From an uncultured delta proteobacterium (GTDB taxonomy: Bacteria > Myxococcota_A > Polyangia > Polyangiales > Polyangiaceae), in contig CAWDXG010000004.1 of NCBI GenBank assembly GCA_963806225.1, positions 2,176,001 to 2,240,000 of the forward strand: a DNA stretch of 64,000 bases. The letters run 5' to 3'. Shown here piece after piece: positions 1 through 9,910 of the stretch; the stretch's first letter is position 1, and the number at the start of each line of letters is the position of its first letter. Under the pieces are notes generated by a model. The model was not told the DNA's origin and ran no database searches. It saw only the letters and a list, made by a program, of their open reading frames with translations. The position numbers and the translations under genes were made by a program.

Positions 1-2635
1 CGGCAGCCAGGTGCGACAGGTCGATCACCTCCACGTCGGAGTGCCTCGCCTCGGCGCTCACCCTGAGCTGGAACTCGCAGCACGGGCAGAGCGCGACCAT
101 CTTCCTGGCGCCCACCTCGATCGCCTCGTCGAGCCGCGTCTTGCCGACGTCGGCTGCCACCTCCGGCTCCTTGATCAGCGTGAGCACCGAGCCGCAGCAG
201 TGCGCCGTGTCGCGGTTGTGTTCCATCTCGCGGAGCTCGACACCCGGCATCGCTTTCAAGAGATCGCGCGGAGGTTCGTACACGCCCGAGGCGCGGCCGA
301 TGTGGCAGCTATCGTGCCACGTGACCACCTCGGCCGGCTTGCCGTCCCCAGTAGGCTCGGGGAACTTGAAGCTGCCGTCCTCGAGCTTTTCGGAGACGAG
401 CTCGGTGTAGTGGCGCGCGGTGATGCCGAATTCGAGCCCGAGCTTTTCCGTCCACTCGGGGTAGACGTGTCGCCACATCATGTCGCACGCCGGGCAGGAG
501 CAGATCACCGTGTCGGCGCCCGTTTCCTTCACCGCGGCGATGTTCTGCTGCATCGTCTCGACGAACACGTCCCACTTGCCGGCTACCAGCATCGGGGTCG
601 CGCAGCAACTCTCCTTCTCGCCCAGGTAGGTGAAGTCCACGCCCGCCGCGTCGAGCAGCTTCACGCTGCCGATGCCGATGTCCTGCTCGCAGTAGCTGGC
701 GGTGCAGCCGGCGAAGTAGACGTTCCTGCTCTTGTGCCCGGGGCCGTGCTTCGCCTCGAGCTCCTCGGGGAACCACGCGCTCCGGTCGCGCCGGTATCCG
801 GCCCAGATGTCACCCTCGGCCCTCAGAGCCGCGCTCATGATCTCGAACGGCGGGAACGTCATGCGCTTCTCGGTGTGCACGAGCTCGCCGCGTAGCTTCA
901 TCCACGACGGCTCGATCGGCAGCGCCTCGGGGCAGCGCAGATTGCACAGCTCGCAGGTGGTGCAGGCGAGGAACGAGTCGACCATCATCTGGCTCATCTC
1001 TTCCCTGCCCTCGAGGTACTCCCTGAGGAAAAACCACTTGCCGCGGGGCGACTGGCTCTCCCAGCCGCGACCGTAGAACTGGTCGCACTCGTCGATGCAG
1101 TAGCCGCACTGCGAGCACGCGTAGGCGTACTCGGCGACGTCGGCCGGGATGCCGCGCTTGGCCTTGCCCTCGCGCACGCCGGGCTCGGTCTTCACCTGGT
1201 TCGCCGCGAGCCGCACCACCGGCTCGAACGCCTCGGCCGCGCGGATCGCCGTCGATAGCACACCGGCGCCAAGCACCTTGCCCGGGTTCATCACGCCCGT
1301 AGGGTCGACCTCGCGCTTGTACTGCTGGAGCTTGCCGAGCGCGTCGGGGCCCAGCACCTGGGCCGCCTTGTGGCGGAAGTAGAGGCCGGTGGAGTACGCG
1401 CGGCCTCCGTGGCGCTCGGCGATCCCGATCACGCTCAGCGCGAGGCCGAACACGAGATCGTAGCCCAGGGTGCGCTCGTCCTGCGGGATGAATCCGAGCA
1501 GCACCACCTCGGGCTCCTTGGCGCCCTTCACCGCGATGCCCTCGATCACCAGAGGCTGGTGGATCTTCTGCTCCAGCTCCTCCAGCGCGACCCCGAGCCC
1601 GGAGAGCGGCACCACCACCTCGGCCGGCACCAGCGAGGGCCCGAGCCGCTTCACACGCATGATGCGGAAGCGCTCGTTCCACTCGTGCCAGGCCAGCTCG
1701 TCTTCGATGCGGCGCGCGCCCGCGCGCTCGACGATCTCGCCGAGCGTGCCGAACACCGCGTCCTCATCGGCGCGGCGCATGGCCAGCGTCACCAGGTAGC
1801 CCTCGGGCATCGGCACCATGTGCTCCGGCGGGTGCTCGCGCGGAGGGCACCTGTTGTTCAGCGCGATCATGTTCGGGTCGGCGAAGCCAAGTGACCACAC
1901 CGGCAGGTCTGCGGCGGCGACTCCCGCGATCACGGCGGCGGCCGAGGCAGCGTCGGGACACGACACCGCAGCCACCGAGAGCTCCTCGAGCTTCATCACA
2001 TCCAGCGTCACCTCGCTGATGAACCCCGTGATGCCCTCGGCGCCGGAGATCAGAGCGAGCTCGGCGCCGCTGAGCTCTTTCACCTCGCCCGACGGCAGCA
2101 CCAACCGCGCCGAGAGCACGTTCTGGCTGAACCAGCCGAACTGGTACGAGCCGTAGCCTGCGCCGCCCTGTGCCAACCAGCCGCCCACCGTCGAAGACGG
2201 GTACGAGCTAGGGTACAGCCTCAACGTGAGGCCCTGCTTGGAAAGCGCGTGGTCGAGCTTCTCCCAGACGATGCCCGGCTCGACAGTGACGGTCAGCTCG
2301 CTCTCGTCGATCGCCTTGACCTGCTTCAACCGCCGTAGGTCGACCACGACGCCGCCGTCGACCGGAACGACGCCGCCATAGCCCGACGTGGCCTTCGCGC
2401 GGGGCGTGAGCGGCACCTTGTGCGCCACCGCCCAGCGCGAGAGTTCGATCAGCTCGGCCTCGCTCTCGGGCTGCACCACGCCAGAAGGGGTCGTGTTGCC
2501 CAACAGTGGTCTCAGCCGCCGGGGCATCACCCCAACGTCGTGCCCGTACAGGCGGCGCTCGGTCGGGTGATACGAAACGCGGTCCGCGAACATTCCGTCC
2601 AGCTCGGCACGCCGGCTCGGGTTGAGCTCTCTCAT
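1..2635 (-). CDS. FAD-binding oxidoreductase (GlcD/D-lactate dehydrogenase-like) fused to 4Fe-4S and CCG domains; 3' end runs off the window
   Basis: Not in the ORF track because there is no stop in the window. Manual translation from ATG 2635 gives MRELNPSRR...VVQPESEAE...TPRAKATSGYGG...YPSSYPSSTVGGW, then CSQCGYC and CTTCELC ferredoxin motifs and CCG motifs. The frame is consistent at both ends. Confidence 0.85.
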   Translation of the reverse strand, partial: MRELNPSRRAELDGMFADRVSYHPTERRLYGHDVGVMPRRLRPLLGNTTPSGVVQPESEAELIELSRWAVAHKVPLTPRAKATSGYGGVVPVDGGVVVDLRRLKQVKAIDESELTVTVEPGIVWEKLDHALSKQGLTLRLYPSSYPSSTVGGWLAQGGAGYGSYQFGWFSQNVLSARLVLPSGEVKELSGAELALISGAEGITGFISEVTLDVMKLEELSVAAVSCPDAASAAAVIAGVAAADLPVWSLGFADPNMIALNNRCPPREHPPEHMVPMPEGYLVTLAMRRADEDAVFGTLGEIVERAGARRIEDELAWHEWNERFRIMRVKRLGPSLVPAEVVVPLSGLGVALEELEQKIHQPLVIEGIAVKGAKEPEVVLLGFIPQDERTLGYDLVFGLALSVIGIAERHGGRAYSTGLYFRHKAAQVLGPDALGKLQQYKREVDPTGVMNPGKVLGAGVLSTAIRAAEAFEPVVRLAANQVKTEPGVREGKAKRGIPADVAEYAYACSQCGYCIDECDQFYGRGWESQSPRGKWFFLREYLEGREEMSQMMVDSFLACTTCELCNLRCPEALPIEPSWMKLRGELVHTEKRMTFPPFEIMSAALRAEGDIWAGYRRDRSAWFPEELEAKHGPGHKSRNVYFAGCTASYCEQDIGIGSVKLLDAAGVDFTYLGEKESCCATPMLVAGKWDVFVETMQQNIAAVKETGADTVICSCPACDMMWRHVYPEWTEKLGLEFGITARHYTELVSEKLEDGSFKFPEPTGDGKPAEVVTWHDSCHIGRASGVYEPPRDLLKAMPGVELREMEHNRDTAHCCGSVLTLIKEPEVAADVGKTRLDEAIEVGARKMVALCPCCEFQLRVSAEARHSDVEVIDLSHLAA

Positions 2636-2648
2636 GCCGTGGGGAAAG

Positions 2649-2663
2649 GCATCGCGCATGCCA
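2649..2663 (-). promoter_or_regulatory. sigma54 -24/-12 promoter
   Basis: Minus strand TGGCATGCGCGATGC (GG-N10-GC) ends about 14 nt upstream of ATG 2635. Confidence 0.55.
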
Positions 2664-2957
2664 CGGAAAACACCGGGAACACGAGCCGCTTGCCGCAGAT
2701 TCTGCGTGTCGGATCGCTGTGGCGGCACCCTTCACCGTTTCGTCGCATGAAGGCGAGGCCCCACTCGCGGACCACGACTCCGCTCGACTCGAGCAACGCG
2801 CCCACGTGATGCGCACGCGGGTCGCGACTGCAAGAGCCCATCGGTCGGCCACCGCCGTGCCTCGCGCGCGTCTGCTATCCTTCCGCCCCGGCGCTGGACT
2901 CTGGCCCTTTCATCATGCTGGCACCGAGAAACCGGGCTGGGCCCCGAGGAGTCTTCG

Positions 2958-4073
2958 ATGTCCGACGAGCTGTACGTGTATCTGGATGTCGACTTCGACT
3001 TCCACAAGGATAACCCGGAGAGACGGCGCTGGTGGGGCGATGGTCGGATCCTCGGGGGGCTGTTCCGTGCAGCACAGGACCTCGATCTGTGGTTCGACTT
3101 CCGCTATTGGCGGAAAACCGGGCGCGCCGTTGGATTCACCTCGCTTGACGCGCTGATCGAGACCACGCGAGGCTGGGACGACTCCGCGTATACCCTCCGA
3201 TCAAACAAGTCCGGAAGCGACCACGGCACTTCGTTCAGGTTGCGTCTCACGCTCCGCAGCCTATGGCTCGGCCTGCAGGTCGACGCCGCGACGGCGCGCG
3301 ACCAGCGCGAGACCCTGCTCGACCGCCTCATCGAGCTGACTGTTCGCACACGAAAGCTCATGGGCGACGAGGCCTGGATTGGTGAGCCTGCATCGGTCCG
3401 CGTGCCGAACCTTGTCTACCCGCGTCCGCGTCCTCCGCCCGAATACCCCGAAATGGACTTCGGCGAGCTCGCTGGCTTCATCGAACCGGCTTATCTGGCG
3501 TGGCGTGAAGGGCAGTTTCCCGACGAGAAGCCGACGAAGGCCCTGGCGAAGCTGATGAAGGCGAAAATGCCTCCTGGCACGCGTCTGGAAGAACGCGGCG
3601 GGCTGGTGATACCGCGTTGGATCGACCAGCCGCTCGACGAGGGAGCCATGTCGCGCGCCAGCACCCAGCGGGAGCAGTTCCTCCAGAAGAGGCTGCGGCT
3701 ACCACCGCAAGACGGCTGGAACGAGGCGGGGGACGAGAAAGTGTGGGTACACATGTTCGACCCGCGCCCGCCCCTGACGCTGTATGCGGGCGGCGCCGCG
3801 TTCAAGACGCTCGCCGTCACCAAGAGCGGCCGCGTCCCTCGCGCCGAGTTCGACCAGATTGCCGGGTGGATCGCCGCCGGCGCGCTTCCCGACGGAACAT
3901 CGATCGAGCAGATGGGGCTCATCGTACCCTCCAGGGAGGCTGCGCTAGCCGTCGCCCGGAAGGCAGTCGCCATCGGTGTGTCCCGAATCGCCTATACGGA
4001 CAAGGAAGGCACGTTGTGGAACCCGTTTCCGGCCGGTGAGTGGCTCGAGGTCTCGCCCCGGAGACGCCGATGA
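2958..4073 (+). CDS. hypothetical protein
   Basis: 371 aa ORF with GAGGAG RBS and protein-like composition; no recognised family. Confidence 0.7.
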   Translation: MSDELYVYLDVDFDFHKDNPERRRWWGDGRILGGLFRAAQDLDLWFDFRYWRKTGRAVGFTSLDALIETTRGWDDSAYTLRSNKSGSDHGTSFRLRLTLRSLWLGLQVDAATARDQRETLLDRLIELTVRTRKLMGDEAWIGEPASVRVPNLVYPRPRPPPEYPEMDFGELAGFIEPAYLAWREGQFPDEKPTKALAKLMKAKMPPGTRLEERGGLVIPRWIDQPLDEGAMSRASTQREQFLQKRLRLPPQDGWNEAGDEKVWVHMFDPRPPLTLYAGGAAFKTLAVTKSGRVPRAEFDQIAGWIAAGALPDGTSIEQMGLIVPSREAALAVARKAVAIGVSRIAYTDKEGTLWNPFPAGEWLEVSPRRRR

Positions 4074-4194
4074 AACCGGTTGGGCCGCGGCGCCCGCGCT
4101 TCATGCGTCCGCCACTACGCACCTGTCATCATACCGTTGATGCGGCCCCGGTCGTCCGGTTCGCGAGAGAGTCGCTACCCGCTATAGTTCTGCC

Positions 4195-5484
4195 ATGTCC
4201 GAGTCCACCGCGGGTGACCAGTCCGGTCCCGAAGAGCCGTCGCCCGGCCGCGTGCGCCGACTGATTCGCCATCTATCCCGACTGGGCGTCACCGACGCGA
4301 TGCCACCCGAGGCCGCCAAGCACGTCCAGCTCATCAACTACATCGCCATGGTGTGCATGGCCGTGTTGTTGATCTTCGCCCCCTTGGAATTGACACTGGC
4401 TCATCCGGCCAGCCGTCTGTGGGCCGTGGCCGAGGTGCTCACCGCTGGATTGTTGATCCTCCCCATGACGCTCAACTCCAGGGGCCACTACTGGTTGGCC
4501 ACCACCGCCGCCTGTCTGATCGGCGTGGCCTCCATTTCAGCGGGCACCGCGATCGTCGGTGCCGCCGTGGGCGTGAAGTACTACCTGATGTTCTTTGCGC
4601 TGGTGCCTTTCGTGGCCTATTCCCGAGAGCATCTGGGGAGCGCCGTCACGATCTCCACTCTCGCGTTGCTCTGCCTCCTGGCGCTGTACTGGCTGACGGA
4701 TGGCAATCCGCTGGTGGGGCCCCCGTGGACGCCCGGGAAAGCCAAGCTCTCGATCTTCGGGTCGTTGCTCGGGGTCTTCCTGCTCGCTGCGGCCCTCGGC
4801 TACTACACCCGGGTCACGACGCAGAGCGCCGAGGACATTGCCACCCGGGAGCGCGAGGCCAGCGAAAGGCTGTTGCTGAACATCCTGCCCGGCCCCATCG
4901 CGGCTCGCCTCAAACAGGAGCGGCTGGTCATTGCCGACCACTACGAGGAGGTGACCGTGCTCTTCGCTGACATCGTGGGCTTCACGCCCATGTCCAAGGA
5001 GCTGGAGCCGCACGAGGTCGTGAGCTTTCTGAACGTGGTGTTCTCGAAGCTGGACGCGCTCGCGGACAGACACGGTCTGGAGAAGATCAAGACCATCGGT
5101 GATGCCTACATGGTGGCCGGCGGCCTACCGACGCCCCGACCGGACAGCGCCGCGGCAGTAGCAAGTTTCGCGCTGGACGCACTGCATGCCGTCGCGGGGC
5201 TGCAGACGCCAGGGAAGACGCCCCTGGCCCTCAGGATCGGCATGAACACCGGCCCCGCCGTGGCTGGCGTGATTGGTCGGCGCAAATTCAGCTATGACCT
5301 CTGGGGGGACACCGTCAACACAGCCAGCCGAATGGAATCGCACGGCGACGCCGGCAGAATCCAGATCACCCGGGCTTGCCGGGACAGGCTCCATCACGAC
5401 TTCCACCTCGAGCCGCGCGGTCTGACGGACGTTAAAGGCAAGGGGCCCATGGAGACCTGGTGGCTCGAGGGACGCAGATCCTGA
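4195..5484 (+). CDS. membrane-bound class III adenylate/guanylate cyclase
   Basis: About 6 TM segments, then VTVLFADIVGFT, KIKTIGDAYM and YDLWGDTVNTASRMES. Confidence 0.93.
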   Translation: MSESTAGDQSGPEEPSPGRVRRLIRHLSRLGVTDAMPPEAAKHVQLINYIAMVCMAVLLIFAPLELTLAHPASRLWAVAEVLTAGLLILPMTLNSRGHYWLATTAACLIGVASISAGTAIVGAAVGVKYYLMFFALVPFVAYSREHLGSAVTISTLALLCLLALYWLTDGNPLVGPPWTPGKAKLSIFGSLLGVFLLAAALGYYTRVTTQSAEDIATREREASERLLLNILPGPIAARLKQERLVIADHYEEVTVLFADIVGFTPMSKELEPHEVVSFLNVVFSKLDALADRHGLEKIKTIGDAYMVAGGLPTPRPDSAAAVASFALDALHAVAGLQTPGKTPLALRIGMNTGPAVAGVIGRRKFSYDLWGDTVNTASRMESHGDAGRIQITRACRDRLHHDFHLEPRGLTDVKGKGPMETWWLEGRRS

Positions 5485-5548
5485 TGCCGGCCCGCCGCCG
5501 AAAAGTCCCTGACGATCGCAGGCTGCGGCAGGCCTGCCCATTACAGTT

Positions 5549-5938
5549 GTCGTCTCCGAGCTGCGCAAGGGCGCGGGAGCCAATCCGGGCGTCACGACCC
5601 GGATCGCCGGCGTCGACGACAGCGACCCGTTCCTGTCCGTGCTCGTAGCCGGCGAGCTCAGACAAGGCATAGAGCGTTCGAGGCTGCGCGACGCAACTGC
5701 TGCAACGCACCTCGACCGCTGGTGCAGCGCCTTGGTCGAAAGCCATGCGGAGCGATTGCTTGCCGTGGACGCGCGCGTTGCCGACCTGTGGGGTCGCCTC
5801 AACGTGCCCGACCCGATCTCGGCCGTCGATCGCTTGCTCGCGGCGACTGCGATCGTTCACGGACTGACCCTGGTGAGCCGCAACGTGACGGACGTTGCGC
5901 ACACCGGCGTGACGCTGCACAATCCGTTCACGGATTGA
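5549..5938 (+). pseudogene. vapC: 5'-truncated, diverged copy of the PIN-domain toxin gene
   Basis: Colinear with 7882..8271 but lacks MFLLDTN, including the first acidic PIN residue. Carries W>R, L>P, L>S and G>R changes. Confidence 0.85.
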
Positions 5939-5988
5939 GGGTGGTACAGCCCGCGTATCGCCCCCGCGCAACCGATAGCCGTACCACG

Positions 5989-6026
5989 CGATGATCCCTC
6001 GGCCCCGGCCGGGGGTTCGTCGTTTT
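5989..6026 (+). terminator. intrinsic terminator-like hairpin
   Basis: cgatgatccctcggcc-cc-ggccgggggttcgtcg followed by tttt. Confidence 0.5.
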
Positions 6027-6152
6027 CGTACACCGGTTTTCTAGCCCGGACGCATCTTCGCGCCGGAGTCGAGCGCCCCGCCCATCTGGACCCGTGCACC
6101 AGGCCCGCATACACGACGAGGGGTGAGGCGAAACACTCCGAGCCGAGCCGGC

Positions 6153-7373
6153 ATGGAGAAGCTGAGGGCGGCCGCTGCAGCCGGCGACGCCGTCGCGTTC
6201 GAAAGGGGCATCGTCGCCCTCGTTGAGTCGGATGGCTTTGCACGCCTGCAAGATATCCGCAGAGCCGAGTTGCTTTTCTCGTGCCACTCGCCGGCCAAGC
6301 GTGCCGCGGTTCGGCGCGCCTATCTCGACGCGCTTCTTCGACTTCGCGCACCGCCTGACCTGCTCCGCGATGCGGTGGTCTACGCTTCTTACTGCGAGGT
6401 TGTCGCCGAGCTGCGCGATGACATTGCCAAGGCCGCTTCAGTAACTGGCACTGGATTGGACCGCCTCGATATCTTGGACGCCATCGAGGCCTCGACACGT
6501 GTCGTCGCTTCGGAAATTCGGCGGTTCGTCAAGCGGTCCGTCGCCTCCAGCGCCGCAGCGAGCACCCGCAGACCACTGGAGATGGCGGCGCGCGTCGCTG
6601 ATGTCTCGCATGAGATCGGCGGCCTTCAGTCGCTGCTGCCACACATGATCAAGCAGCTTAATGCTGGACGGAGCCAAGTCGTTGCGCGCGAACACCAGGA
6701 CGGTCCGTGTGCCGTAACCGCCGCGCGACGACTCTTTCGAGTCGCAGAACACTGGCAAACACTGACCTATCTGCGCCAGCGGGTCGCGTTTGGCGAAATT
6801 CGCGTAGAGCGTGTCGCGCAAGGACAGGATGGGGCTCATCTTTTTGTCGTGCCGAACAGAATCCACGAGGCGTGGCGCCACCCATCGGTCGAGCGCCGGC
6901 TGAGTGCGATGCGCACGAGTCGCCAGTTGTCGGGTGCAGCATCGTCTGCGTTCCCAGTGGACCTGATCGCCCTCACCGGAGCGGTCGTAGGTCTCGTGCC
7001 GGGCACGACGGGTAATGACGTCGTAGCCAGGGTTGTGAACGGTCTGAGCGGCGAAATAGGCGCGTCCATCAGAGCCGTGGACATCCTCCTGCTCGGGCAG
7101 GCAGAGGAGCCTGTTGCCGCTCTGACGCTGGCCCTCTGGGCGGCTCACCTGGTGGTGCACGCGATCAACTTGGTCGGCTACGAGGTTTTGGGCTGTACTG
7201 GCTACTCGCCACGTCCGCCGGAGGAACGCTCGGGAATCCGCCACGCACAAGACTTGAACGGCCCCGCAGTGACGGTCAGCGCCCCGCTTGATCCTCCCGC
7301 CAACGGATTCCGGCCGCGGTGGGTCGATAAGGATGGTCTTGAATGGGCGGGCCACTACTGTGATGACGGTTGA
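6153..7373 (+). CDS. hypothetical protein, possibly a truncated foreign fragment
   Basis: Long ORF with visibly more A/T at third positions than its flanks; no recognised domain; C-terminus looks degenerate. Confidence 0.45.
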   Translation: MEKLRAAAAAGDAVAFERGIVALVESDGFARLQDIRRAELLFSCHSPAKRAAVRRAYLDALLRLRAPPDLLRDAVVYASYCEVVAELRDDIAKAASVTGTGLDRLDILDAIEASTRVVASEIRRFVKRSVASSAAASTRRPLEMAARVADVSHEIGGLQSLLPHMIKQLNAGRSQVVAREHQDGPCAVTAARRLFRVAEHWQTLTYLRQRVAFGEIRVERVAQGQDGAHLFVVPNRIHEAWRHPSVERRLSAMRTSRQLSGAASSAFPVDLIALTGAVVGLVPGTTGNDVVARVVNGLSGEIGASIRAVDILLLGQAEEPVAALTLALWAAHLVVHAINLVGYEVLGCTGYSPRPPEERSGIRHAQDLNGPAVTVSAPLDPPANGFRPRWVDKDGLEWAGHYCDDG

Positions 7374-7466
7374 CGGTTCGGGGCGGCGACGCCACCTACG
7401 CCACGAGCATCACGCGCAGGTCCCACGAAACCACGTGCTCCAACGTGCAGATCGCTCCCGCGCAAT

Positions 7467-7502
7467 GAAGCCCCCGTCGCAAGGCCGGGGGTTTTCGCTT
7501 TT
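7467..7502 (+). terminator. intrinsic terminator-like hairpin
   Basis: gaagcccccg...cgggggttttc followed by a T-rich tail. Confidence 0.45.
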
Positions 7503-7594
7503 GCCCCCCGTGTGCGCCGACTCGTCGCTGGCGTCAGCGGTCGCCGGTCGCAGCCCGTTCGACACCGAAACCAAACGAAGCCGCGAGCGGTCGC

Positions 7595-7630
7595 TTGCTC
7601 GCACCGGCGGTGCGCGCTATCATTGATAGC
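7595..7630 (+). promoter_or_regulatory. vapBC promoter with autorepression palindrome
   Basis: TTGCTC-17bp-TATCAT. Palindrome GCTATCA-T-TGATAGC (7616..7630) overlaps the -10 and resembles FitAB operator half-sites. Confidence 0.7.
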
Positions 7631-7861
7631 ATGGCTCAGCTGATCGTGAGAAATCTCGAGGAAGAACTGGTTGAGGCGCTGAAGCTCCGGGCAGCACAAC
7701 ACGGACGTTCGGCCGAGGCGGAGCACCGCGAGTTGCTGCGCGAGGCACTGCTGCGCGCGCCTTCCCGAAGCCTGAAGGAGCATCTGCTCGCCCTACCGGA
7801 CTTCGGCGACGACGCCGACTTCGAAATCGAACGGCCAGCGGCGCGGCGCGTGGATCTCTGA
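7631..7861 (+). CDS. vapB: FitA/VapB-like ribbon-helix-helix antitoxin
   Basis: MAQLIVRNLEEELVEALKLRAAQHGRSAEAEHRELL; its stop overlaps the toxin ATG. Confidence 0.9.
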   Translation: MAQLIVRNLEEELVEALKLRAAQHGRSAEAEHRELLREALLRAPSRSLKEHLLALPDFGDDADFEIERPAARRVDL

Positions 7862-8271
7862 TGTTCCTTCTTGATACGAACGTCGTGTCCGAGCTGCGCA
7901 AGGGCGCGAGAGCAAACCATGGCGTCGCGACCTGGATCGCCGGCGTCGACGACAGCGACCTGTTTCTGTCCGTGCTCGTGGCAGGCGAGCTGCGACAAGG
8001 GGTGGAGCGCTTGAGATTGCGCGACGCGACTGCAGCAGCGCACCTCGACCGCTGGTGCGGCGCCTTGGTCGATGTCTACGCGGAGCGACTGCTTCCCGTC
8101 GATGCGCGCGTAGCCGACCTCTGGGGACGGCTCAACGTGCCCGACCCGATCTCCGCCGTCGATGGCTTGCTCGCGGCAACTGCCATCGTCCATGGCTTGA
8201 CTTTGGTGACCCGCAACGTGAAGGACGTCGCGCGCACTGGCGTGACCCTGCACAATCCGTTCACGGATTGA
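7861..8271 (+). CDS. vapC: VapC/FitB PIN-domain toxin
   Basis: MFLLDTNVVSEL...DGLLAATAIVHGLTLVTRNVKD. Confidence 0.93.
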   Translation: MFLLDTNVVSELRKGARANHGVATWIAGVDDSDLFLSVLVAGELRQGVERLRLRDATAAAHLDRWCGALVDVYAERLLPVDARVADLWGRLNVPDPISAVDGLLAATAIVHGLTLVTRNVKDVARTGVTLHNPFTD

Positions 8272-8311
8272 GCGTGGTACAGCCCGCGCATCGCCCCCGC
8301 GCAACCGCAGT

Positions 8312-8358
8312 GAGAACGCGAGGTTAGCCAACACGGCTGACCTCGCGTTTCTCGTTTT
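8312..8358 (+). terminator. long hairpin/terminator
   Basis: gagaacgcgaggttagcc-aacac-ggctgacctcgcgtttctc followed by gtttt. Confidence 0.7.
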
Positions 8359-8451
8359 CGGGCCAATCTCCGGGCCAATCGCTCGCGCAGCAATTCGCAA
8401 ATCCGCTGCTCGGGCCCGCTGGTCGAGCTTGCCGCACAAGGAGAAATCCTG

Positions 8452-8652
8452 ATGGGCAAGCCGACCCGACACTATGGCAGGTGGCGTATCCGCTGGACCG
8501 ACGAGGCCGGCGAGCGCCACAGCAAGGTCTTCGACGACAAGGCCGAAGCCGAGCTCGAGCTGAAGCGCGAAGAGCTGGCGACCGAGGAGCGCCGCCGCGT
8601 GGCCGCTTCCGTGCTCAACGGGCTGCACCACGACTACCGACGCGCGGCGTGA
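8452..8652 (+). mobile_element. chimeric integrase remnant (tyrosine-integrase N-terminus joined to an rve integrase-core C-terminus)
   Basis: AAGGAG RBS. GRWRIRWTDEAGERHSKVFDDKAEAE resembles phage-integrase N-termini, and VLNGLHHDYRRAA resembles the ends of rve integrase-core transposases. Confidence 0.6.
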
Positions 8653-8792
8653 AGAGGTCGCAGCGACGCCTTTCCTGTCGGCGGATGCGCGAGGTAGCCG
8701 GAACAGGGGGAAGTCCACGGTGCGCCCGCGCGACGGCATCCGCCGCGGCGGCTCCGGGCGGGCGATCTCTCGATCGCCCGCCCGCGTGCGGC

Positions 8793-9812
8793 TCACTTGT
8801 AGGCGATGACGGCGCTGCTCGGGCCAGCCAGCGGCATCACCTCTGTGGAACGGAAGCCGGCGTCGCGCGCCCAGCCGTCGAAATCCGCGGCCGTGTAGTC
8901 GAAGCCGTCGTGCGTCTCGATCAACATGTTCAGCGACATCAGCAGGCCGAAAGTGTTGGTCCGGCGCTCGTTGTCGATGACGTTCTCGATCGCGATCAGC
9001 ACGCCGCCATCGTTCAGGCTGCTATGGGCGTTCTTGATCAGCGCCTTCTTCTCCTCGACGCCCCAGTCGTGCAGGATGTTGCCGAGCGTGATCACGTCGG
9101 CGCGCGGCAGCTCGCCTTCCATGAAGTCTCCCTCGACGACCCGGATGCGATCCGACAGCCCCGCCCGCTCGATCTCGCGGCGCGCGACCGGGCCGACCGG
9201 CGGCAGGTCGAAGCTGATGCACTGGAGGTGCGGATGGCGCTGGGCCAGTGCGCGGCAGAGGGCGCCGTTGGCACCGCCCGCATCGCACACGCTCTGGTAC
9301 TGCGAGAAGTCGAACTTCTCGGCGAGCAGGTGGAAGTTGCCGTTCTGGATGCCGGCCATGCCTCTCAGGAACTGCTCGAGCCGCGCCTCGTCGGCGTACA
9401 GCCCGTCGAACAGGTGCCCGCCGCCCTCCTTGATCTCGTTCTGCGGCTCGCCCGTCTTGAGCGCGGGCGTCAGGTCGCCCCAGAAGCGGAACAGGCGGGC
9501 GTTGGCCATCTCCAGCATGCCGCCGACGTAGGCGGGGCTGTTCTTGTCGAGGAAGGCCGCGGTGTCGGGCGTGTTCTTGTAGCTGGCGTCACGGCCGCGG
9601 CCGTCGCGCTCGAGCAGCTTCATCGCGACCAGCGCGTCGAGGAAGTCGTGGGTCGCGCGCTCGTGCAGGCCGAGCCGCTCGCGGATCTCGCCCGCCTTGG
9701 CCGGCCCCTGGCCGAGCTCGGTGAACAGCCCCAGCTCGACGGCGCTGAGCAGCGCCTTCGAACCCCAGAAACCCAGGCCAGTCTGCAGGATGTGTGACGG
9801 ATCGAGTGACAT
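8793..9812 (-). CDS. SAM-dependent O-methyltransferase with dimerisation domain
   Basis: ALLSAVELGLF, CDAGGANG, GDF, LGNILHDW. Confidence 0.92.
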   Translation of the reverse strand: MSLDPSHILQTGLGFWGSKALLSAVELGLFTELGQGPAKAGEIRERLGLHERATHDFLDALVAMKLLERDGRGRDASYKNTPDTAAFLDKNSPAYVGGMLEMANARLFRFWGDLTPALKTGEPQNEIKEGGGHLFDGLYADEARLEQFLRGMAGIQNGNFHLLAEKFDFSQYQSVCDAGGANGALCRALAQRHPHLQCISFDLPPVGPVARREIERAGLSDRIRVVEGDFMEGELPRADVITLGNILHDWGVEEKKALIKNAHSSLNDGGVLIAIENVIDNERRTNTFGLLMSLNMLIETHDGFDYTAADFDGWARDAGFRSTEVMPLAGPSSAVIAYK

Positions 9813-9865
9813 TTCGTGCCCCTTTCGTTGGTTGGGATGCTCCATGGGTAGCCGGGGCTCGGTAC

Positions 9866-9910
9866 CTGCAAAAGTGCCCACGATCGCCGAATAGAAATGC
9901 AATAATGCAG
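9866..9910. promoter_or_regulatory. putative LysR-type operator in the divergent intergenic region
   Basis: Dyads CTGCAAAAGTGC and TGCAATAATGCA lie between the methyltransferase and LysR genes. Confidence 0.35.

Larger units (their letters stand above)
5549..8307 (+). repeat. imperfect 426-bp direct repeat (5549..5974 and 7882..8307)
   Basis: Both copies run from gtcgt(c/g)tccgagctgcgcaag to cccccgcgcaaccg, including 36 nt past the stop codon. Confidence 0.9.

Noticed and set aside
5955..5975. tRNA 3'-end remnant (gcccccgcgcaacc) acting as an att core
   Set aside because: Only a loose resemblance to tRNA-fMet ends, with no T-arm; too short for GC-rich DNA.
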